Assembly: GCF_963921235.1 (NCBI RefSeq)
Contig: NC_086097.1
Coordinates: forward strand, 24,802,001-24,866,000
DNA from: Mobula hypostoma
Taxonomy: Eukaryota
DNA length: 64,000 nucleotides
Reading direction: 5' to 3'
The position numbers and the translations under genes were made by a program. Shown one piece after another: positions 13,451-26,328 of this stretch. The notes below the pieces were generated by a model. The model saw nothing but the letters and a program-made list of their open reading frames with translations. It did no database searches and had not been told where the DNA came from. The number at the start of each line of letters is the position of its first letter. The first letter of the stretch is position 1.

Positions 13451-13724
13451 GTACTGGAACATTCTTGATGGTGCTTCTGTAAAAATCTCTTAGCATCTAC
13501 CCTGGAACAACTCCTGTTTGAGTACCCGTCTCATGTGACTTCTCCTGGTGGGAGAGATAGTTCAGATCAGAAACCAATCTGAGACACAAGTGGAGCCCAT
13601 CACTCCTGCAGCCAGAACTGGAATTAGAATTGGTTTACTGTCACATGTACCAAGGTAAAGTGCAGAGTTTGTCTGCATGTTCTTCATACAGATCTGATCA
13701 TTACACAGTGAATTAGGGTAGTAA

Positions 13725-15130
13725 GACCATTAGACATAGGAATAGAATTAGGCCATTCGACCCACTGAGTCTGCTCTGCCATTCTATCACGGCAGATTTG
13801 CTATCACTCTCAACACGATTTTCCTGCCTTCTCCCCATAATCTCTGATGCCCTTACTAATCAAGAACCAACCAACCTCCGTTTTAAATATACGCAAAGAC
13901 TTGGCCTCTACAGCTGTCTGTGGCAATGAATTCCATAGATTCTTCACCCCCTGGCTAAAGGAATTCCTCCTCATTTCTGTTCTAAGGGAATGTCCTCATA
14001 TTCTGAAGGAGTGCCCTCTGGCCCTAAACTGCCCCACTATAGGAAACATTCTCTCCGCATCCACTCTATTTCGGTCTTTCAATATTTGATAGGTTTCAGA
14101 GAGATTCTGCCCATTCTTCTAAACTCCAGCCAGTACAAGCCTAGAGCCATCAAACGCTTCTCAAATGCTAATCCTTTCATTCCCTGGATCATTCTTGTGA
14201 AGCTTCTCTGGGTCCTCTCCAATGCCAGCACATCCTCTCTTAAATGAGGGGGCCAATACTGCTCACAATACTCCCAAGTACAGTCTGGCCAATGCCTTAT
14301 AAAGCCTCAACTTTACATCCTTGCTCTTCTTTTTAGCCCTCTTGAAATTAATTCTAGCATTGCATTTACCTTTCTTATCACCAACCCATCCTGCAAATTA
14401 ACCTTTAGGGAATCATACACATGCAAGTTCCTTTGCACCCCTGATTCTGAATTTTCTCCCCATTTAGAAAATAGTCTATGCCTTTATTCCTTGTGCCAAA
14501 CTGCATGACCAAACACTTCCCTACACTGTATTCTGTCTACCACTTCCTTATCCATTCTCCTAATCTATTTAAGTCCTTCTGCAGATTCTTTGCTTCCGCA
14601 ACACTACCTGCCCCTCCACCTATCTTTGTATCATCTGCAAACGCGGCCACAAACCCATCAATTCTGTCATCCAAATTGTTAACGTATACTAATCAGCAGC
14701 TAGTAACCAGATAATGCATCCCTTATTCTCATTGTTTTCCTCGTGTCTGTCAGTCAATCTTCTATCTACATTAGTATGTTTCCTGTAATACCATGGACTC
14801 TTATCTTGCTTAGCAATTTATGTGTTGCACCTTGTCAAAGGCTTTCTAAAAACCCGAGTAAACAACCTCCACTGACTCTCCTTTGTCTATCCTGCCTGGT
14901 ATTTCCTCACAGAATTCCAACAGATTTGTCAGGCAAGATTTTGCCTTAAGGAAACCATGTTGACTTTGCCCTATTTTATCATGTGCCTCCAAGTACACCA
15001 AAACCTCATCCTTAATAATGGACTACAACATCTTCCCAATCACTGAAGTCAGGCTGACTCTCGTATAATTTCCTTTCTTCTGCCTCCCTCACTTGCTAAA
15101 ATTGGAGTTCCATTTGCAATTTTCCAGGCA
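13725..15130 (-). mobile_element. CR1 LINE RT 3' fragment
   Basis: Reverse complement of CR1 RT motifs (ADDTKIGG region at about 14620-14650) and 3' tail. Confidence 0.8.
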
Positions 15131-17446
15131 TGGAGTCATAGATTTATAGAACACTACATCATTGAAACAGGCCCTTTGGCCCAAACACTCTGTGGCGAAC
15201 CATTAACCTGCCTACTCTCATCGATCACCACCTGGACCATAGCCCTCATTACCCTTCCCATCCATGTACCAACATTTCTCTTCAATGTTGAAATCAACCC
15301 CATATCCAGCACTTGCCCTGGCAGCTCATTCCATACACTCATGACACCCTGAATGAAAAAGTTCCACCTTCTGCTCCCCTTAAACATTTCACCTTCCACC
15401 CTTAAACTGTGACCTCTAGTTGACCTCAGTGGAGAAAATCTGCATTAATTTACCCTCATAACTTTGTGTACCTCTATCAAATCTCCCCTCAGTCTTCTAT
15501 GTTCTAGGGAATAAAGCCCTAAACTATTCAAACTTTCTCTATACCTTAAGTCCTCAAGTCCCAGCAACAGCCTTGTAAATTTTCTCTGGACTCTTTCAAT
15601 CTTATTTACATCTCTCCTGTAAATAAAACTGGACATGTTCCAAAAATGTTCCAGATTAGGCCTCGCCAACACCTAATACAATTTCAACATAACATCCCAA
15701 CACCTGAACACAATACTTTAAATTATAAAGGCCAAAATGCCAAAAGCTTTCTTTACGATCCTATTTACCGGTGACAATATTTTCAAGGAATTATGCATCT
15801 GCATTCCAGATCCCTCTATTCTACTGCACTCCTCAGTGTCCTACCACTCACTGTGTAGGGTCTACTGGACGTTGGTCTGTCCTCCCAAAGTGTGACACCT
15901 CACATTTGTCAGCATTAAATTCCATCTGCCATTTTTCAGCTCATTTTTCCAGCTGGTCCAGATCCCGCCGCAAGCCATAATAGCTTTCCTGGTTGTACAC
16001 TACGTCCACAAACTTGGTGTCATCGATAATTTTGCTGATCCAGTTAACCATATTATCACCCAGATCGCTGATTTAGATAACAAACAACAATGGACCTGCC
16101 CAGCACCGATCCCTGTTGCACACCACTAGTCATAGGCTTGCATTCAGACAACTATCCACTACAACTCTCTGGCTTCTCCAGTGAAGCCAATGTCTAATCC
16201 AATTTACTACCTCATCTTCAATGCAATCAACTGAATATTCTTGACCAACTTTACATATGGGACCTTGCTAAAGCCCATCTAGACAACATCCACTGCCTTG
16301 CCTTCATCAACTTTCTTGGTAACTTCCTTGAAAAATGAAGATTGGTTAGACATGGCTTAACATGCACTAAGCCATGTTGACTATCCCTAATCAGCATCTG
16401 TCTATCCAAATACTTATATATCCGGTCCCTTACAATACCTTCCTATAACCTTCCCACTTCTGGTGTCAGACTCATGGCCTACAATTTCCTGGTTTATTCA
16501 TTAGCCCTTTCTTAAACAACAGAACAACATTAGCTATCTCCCAGTCCTCCGGCACCTGGCCCGTGGCTAAAGATGTTTTAAGTATCTCTTCTTGGGCCCT
16601 TGCAATTTCTGCTTTAGCCTCCCACAGGGTCCAAGAGATCACATTGTCAGGCCCTGGGAATTAATGCACCCTAATTTGCCTCAAGTCAGCAAGCACCTCC
16701 TTCTCTGTAATGTACAGGGTCCATGTCCTCACTGCTGCATTGCCTCACATTTATAGACCCTGTGTCCATGTCCCAAGTAAATACAGATGCAAAAAGATCC
16801 ATTTAAGATCTCCCCCATCTCTTCTGGCTCCATGCAAGATTATCATTCTGTTCTTCCAAAGGACCAATTTTGTCCCTTGCTATCCTTTTGCTCTTAATAT
16901 ATTCTTAGAAGCCCTTAGGATTCTCCCTCACCTTCTCTGCTAGAACAATCTTGTATCTTCCTTTAACCATCCTGATTTCCTTTAGTGTTATCTTATACTC
17001 CTCAAGTATCTCATTTGTCCATGCCTACCTATAGCTGCTGTACACCTCCTTCCTTTTCTGAACCAGGATATTAATATCTCTTGAAAACCAAGGTTCCTTG
17101 ACCTGTAATCCTTACCTTTTATTCTGACAGGAACAAACAAACTCAGTACTCTCATTATTTCAATTTTGAAGGTCCCACTCACCAAGTACACCTTTGCCAG
17201 AAAACAACCTGTCCCAATCCACACTTGCCAAATCCATTCTGATAGCATCAAAATTGGCTTTTCTCCAATTTAGAATCTCAACCAAAGGACCAGACCTATC
17301 TGTTTCTATAATTACCTTGAAACTAATGGCATTATGATTACTAGATGCAAAGTATTCCCCTACACAAACTTCTATTATCTGCTCTGTCTCATTCCATGAT
17401 AGGAGATCAAGTATCATACACCCTCTAGCTGGGACTTCAATGTACT

Positions 17447-19261
17447 TCAATGCAGTACAATGTAGTGAACGTAGGTCCCTTGGAGGATGAGGACAGAGGA
17501 TTGATATTGGGTAATGAGGAAATGGCAGAGGTTTTGAATGACTATTTTGTGTCGGTCTTCACAGTGGAGGACACATCTAACATGCCAAAGAGAGATGTTA
17601 TGGATGCGATGGGAGGTGAGGACCTCGATACAATAGCTATTACTAAAGAGGTAGTGCTGAGCAAACTTGCAGGCCTGAAGAGAGACGAGTCCCCTGGTCC
17701 TGATGGAATGCATCTCAGGGTACTGAAAGAAATGGCAGAAGTTATAGTAGAGGCTTTGGTGATAATTTACCAAAATGGTCTGGACTCTGGGCAGGTCCCA
17801 GCGGATTGGAAGATGGTGAATGTCACACCACTCTTCAAAACAGGATGTAGGCAAAAGGCAGGTAACTAGATGTTAGTTTAACATCTGTGTAGTTGAGAAA
17901 TGCTTGAAGCTGTCATTAAAGAAGAAATAGTGAGGTATCTGGAAAGAAATGGATCCATCAGGCAGACACAGCATGGATTCAGCAAAGGCAGCTCCTGTTT
18001 GACAAACTTACTGGAGTTCTTTGTTGATATAATGAGTGTAATGGATAGAGGGGAATTGATGGACATTATTTACTTGAATTTCCAGAAGGCGTTCGATAAG
18101 GTGCCGCATGAAAGACATCCATAAGATAAGGATGTATGGAATTGCAGGTGATGTATTAGCATGTATAGGGATTGGTTAACTGAGAGAAAGCAGAGAGTTG
18201 GGATACATGGGTGTTACTCTGGTTGGCAATCATTGGTGAATGGTGTGCAGCAGGGGTCAGTGCTGGGCCGGCGACTGCTCATGATATACATTAACGAACT
18301 AGAAGAGGAGATTGAGTGTACTGTATCTGAGTTTGCTGATGACACTAAATTGAGTGGAAAAGCAAATTGTGCAGAAGATACGGAGAGTCTGCAGAGAGAT
18401 ATAGATAGGTTATATGAGTGGGCAAGTGTCTGACAGACGGAGTACAATGTTGGTAAATGCGAGGTCATCCACTTTGGAAGAAAAAATGAAAGAGCAGATT
18501 ATTATTTAAATAGTAAAAAAAATGCAGCATACTGCTGTGCAGAGGGACTTGGGAGTGCTTGTGCATGAATCACAAAAGGTTGGTTTGCAGGTGCAGCAAG
18601 CTATCAAGAAGGCAAATGGGATGTTGGCCTTCATTGCTAGAGGGATTGAATTTAAGAGCAGGGAGGTTATGCTGCAATTGCATAGGAACTGGTGAGGCCA
18701 CACCTGGAGTACTGTATGCAGTTCTGGTCTCCTTACTTGAGGGAGGATATACTGGCTTTGGAGGTGGTACACAGGAGGTTCACCAGGTTGACTCCAGAAA
18801 TTAGAGGATTAGACTATGAGGAGAGATTGAGTCGCCTGGGACTGTATTCACTGGAAATCAGAGGAATAAGAGGAGATCTTATAGAAAAATATAGAAGTAT
18901 GAAAGGGATGGATGGTATAAAGGTAGGAAAGTTGTTTTCACTGGTAGGTGAGACTAGAGCTAGGTGACATAGCTCAAGATTCTAGGGAGTAGATTTAGAA
19001 CGGAGATGCAGAGGAACTGCTTTTCCCAGAGAGTGATGAATCTGTAGAATTCTCTGCCCAATGAAGCAGTGGAGGCTACCTCAATAAATATACTTAAGAC
19101 AAGGCTGGATAGACTTTTGCATAGTAGGGGAATTAAGGGTTATGGGGAAAAAGCAGGTAGGTGGAAATGAGTCCATGGCCAGATCAGCCATGATCTCATT
19201 GACTGGTGGAGCAGGCTTGATGGGCCAGATGGCCTACTCCTGCTACTATTTCTTATGATCT
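17447..19261 (+). mobile_element. 5'-truncated CR1 LINE inserted into an older CR1
   Basis: RT motifs SPGPDG, FQKAFDKVPH, FADDTKL, RPHLEYC; tcttatga tail; TSD atgtact at 17440-17446 and 19262-19268. Confidence 0.88.
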
Positions 19262-19477
19262 ATGTACTGATTAAGGAAACTTTCCTGAATACATTTGACA
19301 AACTCTTTTCCATCCAGCCCTTTGTAGCATGGGAGTCCCAGTCATTATGTGGAAGGTTAAAGTCTTTTACTATCACAACCTTAAGTTTCGTAAGTAACAA
19401 CAGTCTATGATCTCTCTACAAATTTGCTTCTCTAAATTCCATGGACTGTTGGCTGGTCTATAATTTAATCCTTTCTT

Positions 19478-20423
19478 TGTCATGGTCCGGACCGTGAAGT
19501 CCAGATTCCGGTTTGCGGTCCGGTCCATTATTCCTTATTCCAGGTTTTCTGGTTTTCCCTTTTTCTGTTGGGTGCTCTAATTGAGGCAGCTGGTTACATA
19601 AATAGTTCCTTGGTTCAGCTTTAGTTGCTGGATTGTTCTTGTCCAAACCTTCTGTGTGGATCCTTTCCCTTCACTTTCCTCCTGGAGCCCTGCCTGAAGC
19701 CTTGCCTGTAACCCCTGCCTGCACTGCTGTCAAGTTCAACTGCTGGAGCAAGTTAAGGAACTGTTTATTGTTGTTTTGAACTGTTTCTGTGTCCATGCCT
19801 TCACTAGCTAGGTCTGGCTTTTTGCTGCTACCTAGTGTTGGGAACTGTCTCTGTGTCCATGCCTTTGCTAGGTAGGTCTGGCTGTTTACTGCTACCTAGT
19901 GTTGGGAACTGTCTTGTCATGTTTAGCATTCTGTGTATGAGTCCCGGTCCTATGTCCTGTTCCCAAGGAGGGGTCCTGGCTCTGTGTTCCATGTCCCCGT
20001 GTTCCTGTCTCTCCCTTGACCAAGTCAAGGCTTCTGGCTTTGTGTTCTGAGATTTCTGTTTCCCAAGACCATGTCATGTCCTCACCTAGTTCTGGAGTCT
20101 GAGCCTGTGTCAAGACCCAGGTTCTGGGTCCTTGTCCTGTCTCTGGCTTGGACTCCAAACCCAGGCCCTTGCCTCGAGGAACCCAGGCCTGAATCAAGAC
20201 CCAGGTTCTGGGTCCTTGTCCTGTCTCTGGCTTGGAGTCCAAGCCCAGGCTCCCAGTTCCCAGTTCCTTGTCCTGGTTCTGCTGCCTAGCCAATGTCCTA
20301 GCCCATGTCTATGTTCTTGTCCCAGCTCCTAGTCTGCATCCAGTCATGTCCCTAACTCTAGTCTCTAGTACTTCAGTGTCTGTCTTGCATTTGGGTCTGC
20401 CACCAGTGCCCCCTGGTATGACA
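19478..20423. repeat. Solo LTR (946 bp) with internal tandem repeats
   Basis: Termini tgtcat...atgaca; 5-bp TSD ttctt at 19473-19477 and 20424-20428; internal repeats of about 68 bp and 84 bp. Confidence 0.88.
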
Positions 20424-22549
20424 TTCTTGTTCTGCAGTTCTATCCACAAAGCCTCACTAGACAGGATCTCCAGTCTGTCCTAACCGAGCATTGCCATGAC
20501 ATTATTCCCTGACTAGGAATGCCACCTCTCCCACTTTAATCCCTCCTACTCTATCACGTCTAAAACAACAGAACCATAGAATATTGAGCTGCCAGTCCTG
20601 CCCTTCCTGCAACCAAGTTTCACTAAAAGCTGCAATGTCATAATTCCATGTGCTGATCCATACCCTAAGCTTATCCACCTTTCCTACGATTCTCCTTGCA
20701 TTCAAATGTACACAGCTGAGAACATTAATCTCACCATGCTTGACCTCTTGATTCCTGACTTTATATGCAGGCTTAACACCACCTTTCTCCACAACGGCTA
20801 ATTAACTGTTCTGTTTCCCATCCCGCTGCAACTCTGGTTTAAACCGCCCCTGTGCACCACTAGCAAACCTTCCTGCTAGGATATCAGTCACCTTCCAGTT
20901 CAGATGCAAACTTTTCTTCTGTAGGGGTGATACCTTCCCTGGAAGACAGCTGAAAGTCCCAAAAATTTGAAGCCCGCCCCCCCCTCTTGCACTTACTCCA
21001 TAACCACATCATCTGTATGATCTCCCTAATTCTGGGCTTAATAGCATGCGGCGTGGGTAGCAACCCTAAGGTCACAACTCTGGAAGTCCTGCCCTTTAAA
21101 TTAGCACCTAACTCTCCGAACTCACTTTGCAGGACCTCATCATACATCCTACCCATATTATTGGTACCAATGTGGACCACAATCTCTGACTGCTCACTCT
21201 CCCACTTGAGAATGCTGCGGACTCGGACTGAGATGTCCCTGGCCCTGCACCCGGGAAGCAACAAACCATCCAGAAACCTTGTTCTCACCCAGAAAACCTC
21301 CTTTCTGTTCCCCTACCAATGAACCCCCTATCACTACAGCTCACCTCTTCCCTGCGCGCCGCCCCACCCCCCCCCCCGGTTCCCTTCCAGGTTGCACAGC
21401 TTATCTGAAAGCCAGAGACTTGACCTTTGGGCTTTCCTCTGCTGGGTCATACCCCCTAAGTTATCCAAAGCAGTACAATTGTTGTTGAGGGATTTGGCCA
21501 CAGAGGTACTCTGCACTGGCTGCCTATCCCCTTTCCCCCATGACTGTCGCCCAGTTACCTAGGTCTTGGGTGTAACTACCTCCTTGTACATCCTACCTAT
21601 CAACCCCTCAGCTTTCTGAATGACCCACAGTTCATCCAGTTCCAGCTGCAATTCCTTAACAGGGTTTGTTAGAAGCTGCAGCTAGGTGCACTTCTTGCAG
21701 GGGTAGTCGTCGGTGACGCCTCTCCCATTCCAATATTTTGTCTGGCATCCCCAATGCTCTAAATTAGGAAGAAATAAAGAATAAATAATAAAACAAATCT
21801 ACCTACAGCCTACACCCCTCCTCACTGAAGCCTCAATGAACCAAAACCTCAACTCCCCACAATCCAATGTCTCCAGGGGACTGTGGTGCACAAAAAGTCC
21901 TCCGTAACCATTCCAAGGGAATCTAGTAATTCTTCAAAGATCACTCATAATACCTCCTCAATCTGTACAGTTACCTCTTTCGAAACCTTGGCATGTAGTC
22001 TATCTGTTCCAGGTGACTTATCTACCTTCAGGCATTTCAGCTCCAAGCAGCTTCTCCTAAGTAATAGCAACTGCACTCACTTCTGCCCTCTGACATTCTC
22101 GAATTTCTGGCACACTGCTGGTGTCTTCCACAGTGAAGACTGACACAAAATACTTGCTGAATTCAAGGTAAAACAACAACAGAAGGCAGACTAAAGTGCA
22201 ACAGTTACAGAGAAAGTGCACTGCAGGTAGACAACACAGGTCATAACAAGATACACTGTGAAGTCAAGGGTCCACCTTATTGAACTCGGAAACTATTCAA
22301 TAAGTAAGGTGCTGCCCTTAAGCGTGATGGCACATGCTGTTGTATCTTCGGCCTGATTGGAAGAGGGAGAAAAGAGAATGTCTGGGCTGCTTTTAGTTAA
22401 GAAGCCATGATGTTACATACAAATTTAGTTGGTTGATTGCAAGTTAGCACACTGTACAGTCAATGGCTGTCATATACCTAGAGTTCATTGCTGCCGAAGG
22501 TGAAGTCCTCCCCAGCCAGCTCCTCCTCCTGCCAGGATGCATCTATGCA

Positions 22550-23190
22550 ATCAGAATCAGAACTAGATTGATTATCACTGACGTATGTCATGAAATTTGT
22601 TATTTTGTGGTAGCAGTACAATGCAGTGCATAAAATATACTATAAATTACAGTAAAAATATATCAAAGCAGAAGGTAATTAATACAAAAAGAGAGCGAAA
22701 ATAGGTAGTGATCGTGGGTTCATGTTTCTAAAACAGAGAGTGTGTTTCTTCAGGCTCCTGTGCATTCTGTCTGGTGGTAGTAATGAGAAGAGGGCATGTC
22801 CTTAATAATGGAGGCTGCCTTTTTGAGGCATCACCTTTTGAAGATGTCCTCGATGGCGGAGAGGCTAGTGTCTATAATGGAACTGTCTGAGTTCACAACC
22901 CTCTGCAGTTTTTTCCAGTCCTGTGCAGTAGCCCCTCCATACCAGGCAGTGATGTAACCAGTTAGAATGCTCTCCACTGTACATCTGTGTTTGGTGACAT
23001 AACCGATCTCCTCAAGCTTCTAATGAAGTATATCTGCAGGCATGCCTTCTTTGTGATTGCATCAGTCTTCTGGGCCCAGGATAGATCTTCAGAGACGTTG
23101 ACACCCAGGAACTTAAAACTGCTCATCCTTTTCACTGTTGACTCTTTGATGAGGACTGGTGTGCATTCCCTTGATTTCTACTTTCTAACC
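22550..23190 (-). mobile_element. Rex1/Babar-like LINE 3' fragment
   Basis: (tcagaa)n tail at about 22550; reverse of the ESILTG-ITAWYG-type region. Confidence 0.7.
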
Positions 23191-23639
23191 TCTCCAGCAG
23201 GACCTTAGACAGACTTCAGCAAACACAGCGCTCACAATCCTTTCACACTGGTGGTACAACAGTGGAAACTGCGAGCAGTTTCAAACTCCAGAGGGTGCAT
23301 ACCTCACACAATCTCTCATGGTCCCTGAACACATCCTCCACACTGAAGAAAGCTCACCAAGAAGGCTAAGGAGAGATGGACTGTGCAACCTTCTACTGAT
23401 AGACGCACAATTCAGAGCATCCCAACTTGCTGCATCATTGGTATGGAAACTGCACTGTGGTAGACCGGAGGGCTCTACAATCCCATCCACCCTGCTTATG
23501 GACTGTTTGACCTACTCCCCTCAGGGAAGAGGCTACACAGCACCACTAGACTCATATACCGTTATTTCCCCAAGCCATCAGGCTGATCAGCACCTCCACA
23601 CATTAACGCAAGTGTACCCCCTCCACCACTATATACGAA

Positions 23640-23860
23640 TCAAACACTCTTCTCCACAACCCCTCTGCAGCCTTTATCCATCCCCTCAACAACGCCCCCC
23701 CCAATGCACTGCCACTCGTACATTGCGTCCTACCAAAGGGTCTCGCCAGAAACGTCAACTGTACTTTTTTTCCATAGATGCTGCCTGACCTGCTGAGTTC
23801 CTCCGGCATTTTGTGTGTGTTGCTTGGATTTCCAGCATCTACAGATTTCCTCTTGTTTGT
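23640..23860 (+). mobile_element. Decayed Penelope terminal-repeat copy (hammerhead motif eroded)
   Basis: aagggtctcgccagaaacgtcaactg...gatgctgcctgacctgctgagttcctcc, matching the Penelope 3' repeat at 32497-32596. Confidence 0.7.
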
Positions 23861-23871
23861 ACATTGTGTTT

Positions 23872-24405
23872 TATAGAATAGTCCCTGGCTTTACGAGCGT
23901 TCGCTTTACGCCACTTCGCTTTCACGAAAGACCTACATTAGTACCTGTTTACGCTAACCGAACGAGGATTTTCACTTTTACGAAAAGTGAAAATAGCGGT
24001 CAGCGTTTGTTTTGCAGTGAGCCGTTATAGAAAAAGACTACCATGACCGTGAAGCCTTGCGCGGTCAGGTGTGTGCGCACGTGTGTGTGCCGATTTTTTT
24101 TCTACAAAACAGTTTTTGGCTAAATCTTCCCAATTCTGATAAGTGAAACTACACTGTACATTCATTATTTCTACTTCATATAGGCTGTGTATTTATCATA
24201 TCATTCCTGCTTTTACTATATGTTAGTGTTATTTTAGGTTTTATGCGCTATTTGGTATGATTTAGTAGGTTAGTTTTTGGGTCTGGGAACGCTCAGAAAT
24301 GTTTCCCATGTAAATTAATGGTAGTTGCTTCTTCGCTTTATGCCATTTCAGCTTAAGAAAGGTTTCATAGGAACGCTCTACCTTCATAAAGGGGGGGAAC
24401 CTGTA
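23872..24405. mobile_element. Tigger/pogo-like MITE
   Basis: Imperfect TIRs (tagtccctggctttacg / cataaagggggggaacctg-ta), repeated cgctttacg motifs, TA at the right end, no ORF. Confidence 0.6.
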
Positions 24406-24559
24406 TATTTATATTTACTATGTTCTTTCTGCTTATTATGTTTGCTAATGTTATAACAGATCTGGAGTAACAATCATTTCATTCTCACTTACACTGGTGT
24501 ACTGAAGAATGACAATAAACAATCCTGAATATTGAATCTTAAGTTAGCGAAGCTGATCA

Positions 24560-24970
24560 ATATCTGAGAATTTGACAGGATCGGGAAAAGCTGCAGAAAG
24601 CTGTAAACTCAGACAACTCCATCATGGGCACTAGCCTCCCCAGCATCCTGGACACCTTCAAAAGGCAATGCCTCAAAAAGGTGGCATCCACCATTAAGGG
24701 CACGGGAGATGCCTTACGTTTATTTCTACCATCAAAGAGGAGGTACAGGAACCTGAAGACACACATTTCAGAAACAGCTTTTTTTTCTCTGCCATCAGAT
24801 TTTTGAATCAACAATGAACCTATGAATACTTCCTCAGTATTTATTCCCTCTCGTTTTGCATACCTATTTAATTTAATTTTTATATATACTTATTGTAATT
24901 TATAGTTTTTATTAGCACAGTATGTATTGCGATTTCATGACCTATGCCGGTGATACTAAACCTGATTCTT
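24560..24970 (+). mobile_element. Rex1/Babar-like LINE 3' fragment
   Basis: QDREKLQKAV..MGTSLPSI..KVASTIK..LPSKRRYRNL. Confidence 0.7.
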
Positions 24971-25214
24971 ATTCCGAGAAATATCATTCTACCTCCCCAG
25001 ACAATTGCGCAGAGCCACAACGAGCTGCCGAGACAGGCGAGTTTCGTGGATGAGAACGAGAGGAAGAATCCGAGCGGGAATTCTAGAATTAAACATGATA
25101 TTCTTAAACAAAATCTGCCTATTACAACTAAGCACAAACACATCTACCTATGGTACAGTACCTAATTCAGGAAATGTCACAGGAAATCCTTCCTTTACAG
25201 CATAAGGTCATACA

Positions 25215-25470
25215 GTGGCAGTGTTCAATTCTTGCCACTGCCTGTAAGGAGTTCTTATGCTCTTCCCGTGACCACGTGAGTTTCCTCCGGATGCTCCGGA
25301 TTCCTCCCACATTCCAGAGACTTGCGGGTGAGTAGATTAATTAGTCACATGGGAGTAATTAGGTAGCACAGGCTTATTGGACTAGAAGGGCCTGTTACTG
25401 TGCTGTATATTGAAACAAACAAACAAGCAAGTAAGCAAACAAATAACTAAATAAATAATTAAATAAAATA
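25215..25470 (+). mobile_element. V-SINE (HE1-like) remnant
   Basis: B-box-like gttcaattc followed by the V-domain-like gtttcctccggatgctccggattcctcccacattcc; (aaac/aaat)n tail. Confidence 0.65.
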
Positions 25471-26328
25471 GATGTACTTCTGAGAAAAATGAATTTAATA
25501 TGCAGTCAGATTGCAACCTTTTCAATGAGTGAGTATTCCTCTGATAAATTTGGTTAGGCACAGCGTGTGCAGTCTCTAATGTGAGCTTTAATCCTTTAAT
25601 CTTTTAATACCTGCTTGCAACATTTCTCCAGCACCATCAATTGGATTCACCCAACTTCCAGCCACTCATTCTCATTGATAGAATTGCTCTTTAAGATCAC
25701 TGGGAGTCCATAAGACTATAAGATATTGGAGCAGAAGTAGGCCATTTGGCCTATTAAGTCTGCTCTGCATTCAATCATGGGCTGATCCAATTCTTCCAGT
25801 CATCCCCACTCCCCGGCCTTCACCCCATACCCTTTGATGTGCTGGCTAATCAAGAATCTATCTATCTCTGCCTTAAATATCCCCAATGACTTGGTCTCCA
25901 CAGCCGCTCGTAGCAACAAATTCCACAGATTTACCACCCTCTGACAAAAGTAATTTCTCCACATCTCTGTTCTAAATGGATGTCCTTCAATTCCGAAATC
26001 GTGCCCTCTTGTCCTTGAATCCCCTTCCATGGGAAATAACTTTGCCATATCTAATCTTTTCAGGCCTTTTAACATTTGGAATGTTTTTATGAGACCCCCC
26101 CGCCCCCATTCTTGTGAACTCCAGGGGATACAGCACAAGAGCTGCCAGACGTTCCTCACACAGTAACCCTCTCTTTTCTGGAATAATTCTCGTGAATCTT
26201 CTCTGAACCCTCTCCCGTGTCAGTATATCCTTTCTGAAATAAGGAGCCCAACACTGCACACAATACTCCAAATGTGGTCTCACGAGTGCCTTACAGAGCC
26301 TCAACATCACATCCCTGCTCTTATATTC

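Larger units (their letters stand above)
15135..21800 (-). mobile_element. Near full-length decayed CR1 LINE (ORF1 esterase, APE, RT), interrupted twice
   Basis: ORF1 LPGCRARDI..VVHIGTNN (20884-21288); APE LNARRIVGK..SETWL (20502-20792); RT end RPNLEH..IERVQRKFTRL (15445-15672). Interrupted at 17447-19261 and 19478-20423. Confidence 0.85.

Noticed and set aside
19828..20483. Repetitive-peptide ORFs and a CRISPR-like repeat appearance
   Set aside because: Internal tandem repeats of a solo LTR; no unique spacers and no cas genes in eukaryotic DNA.
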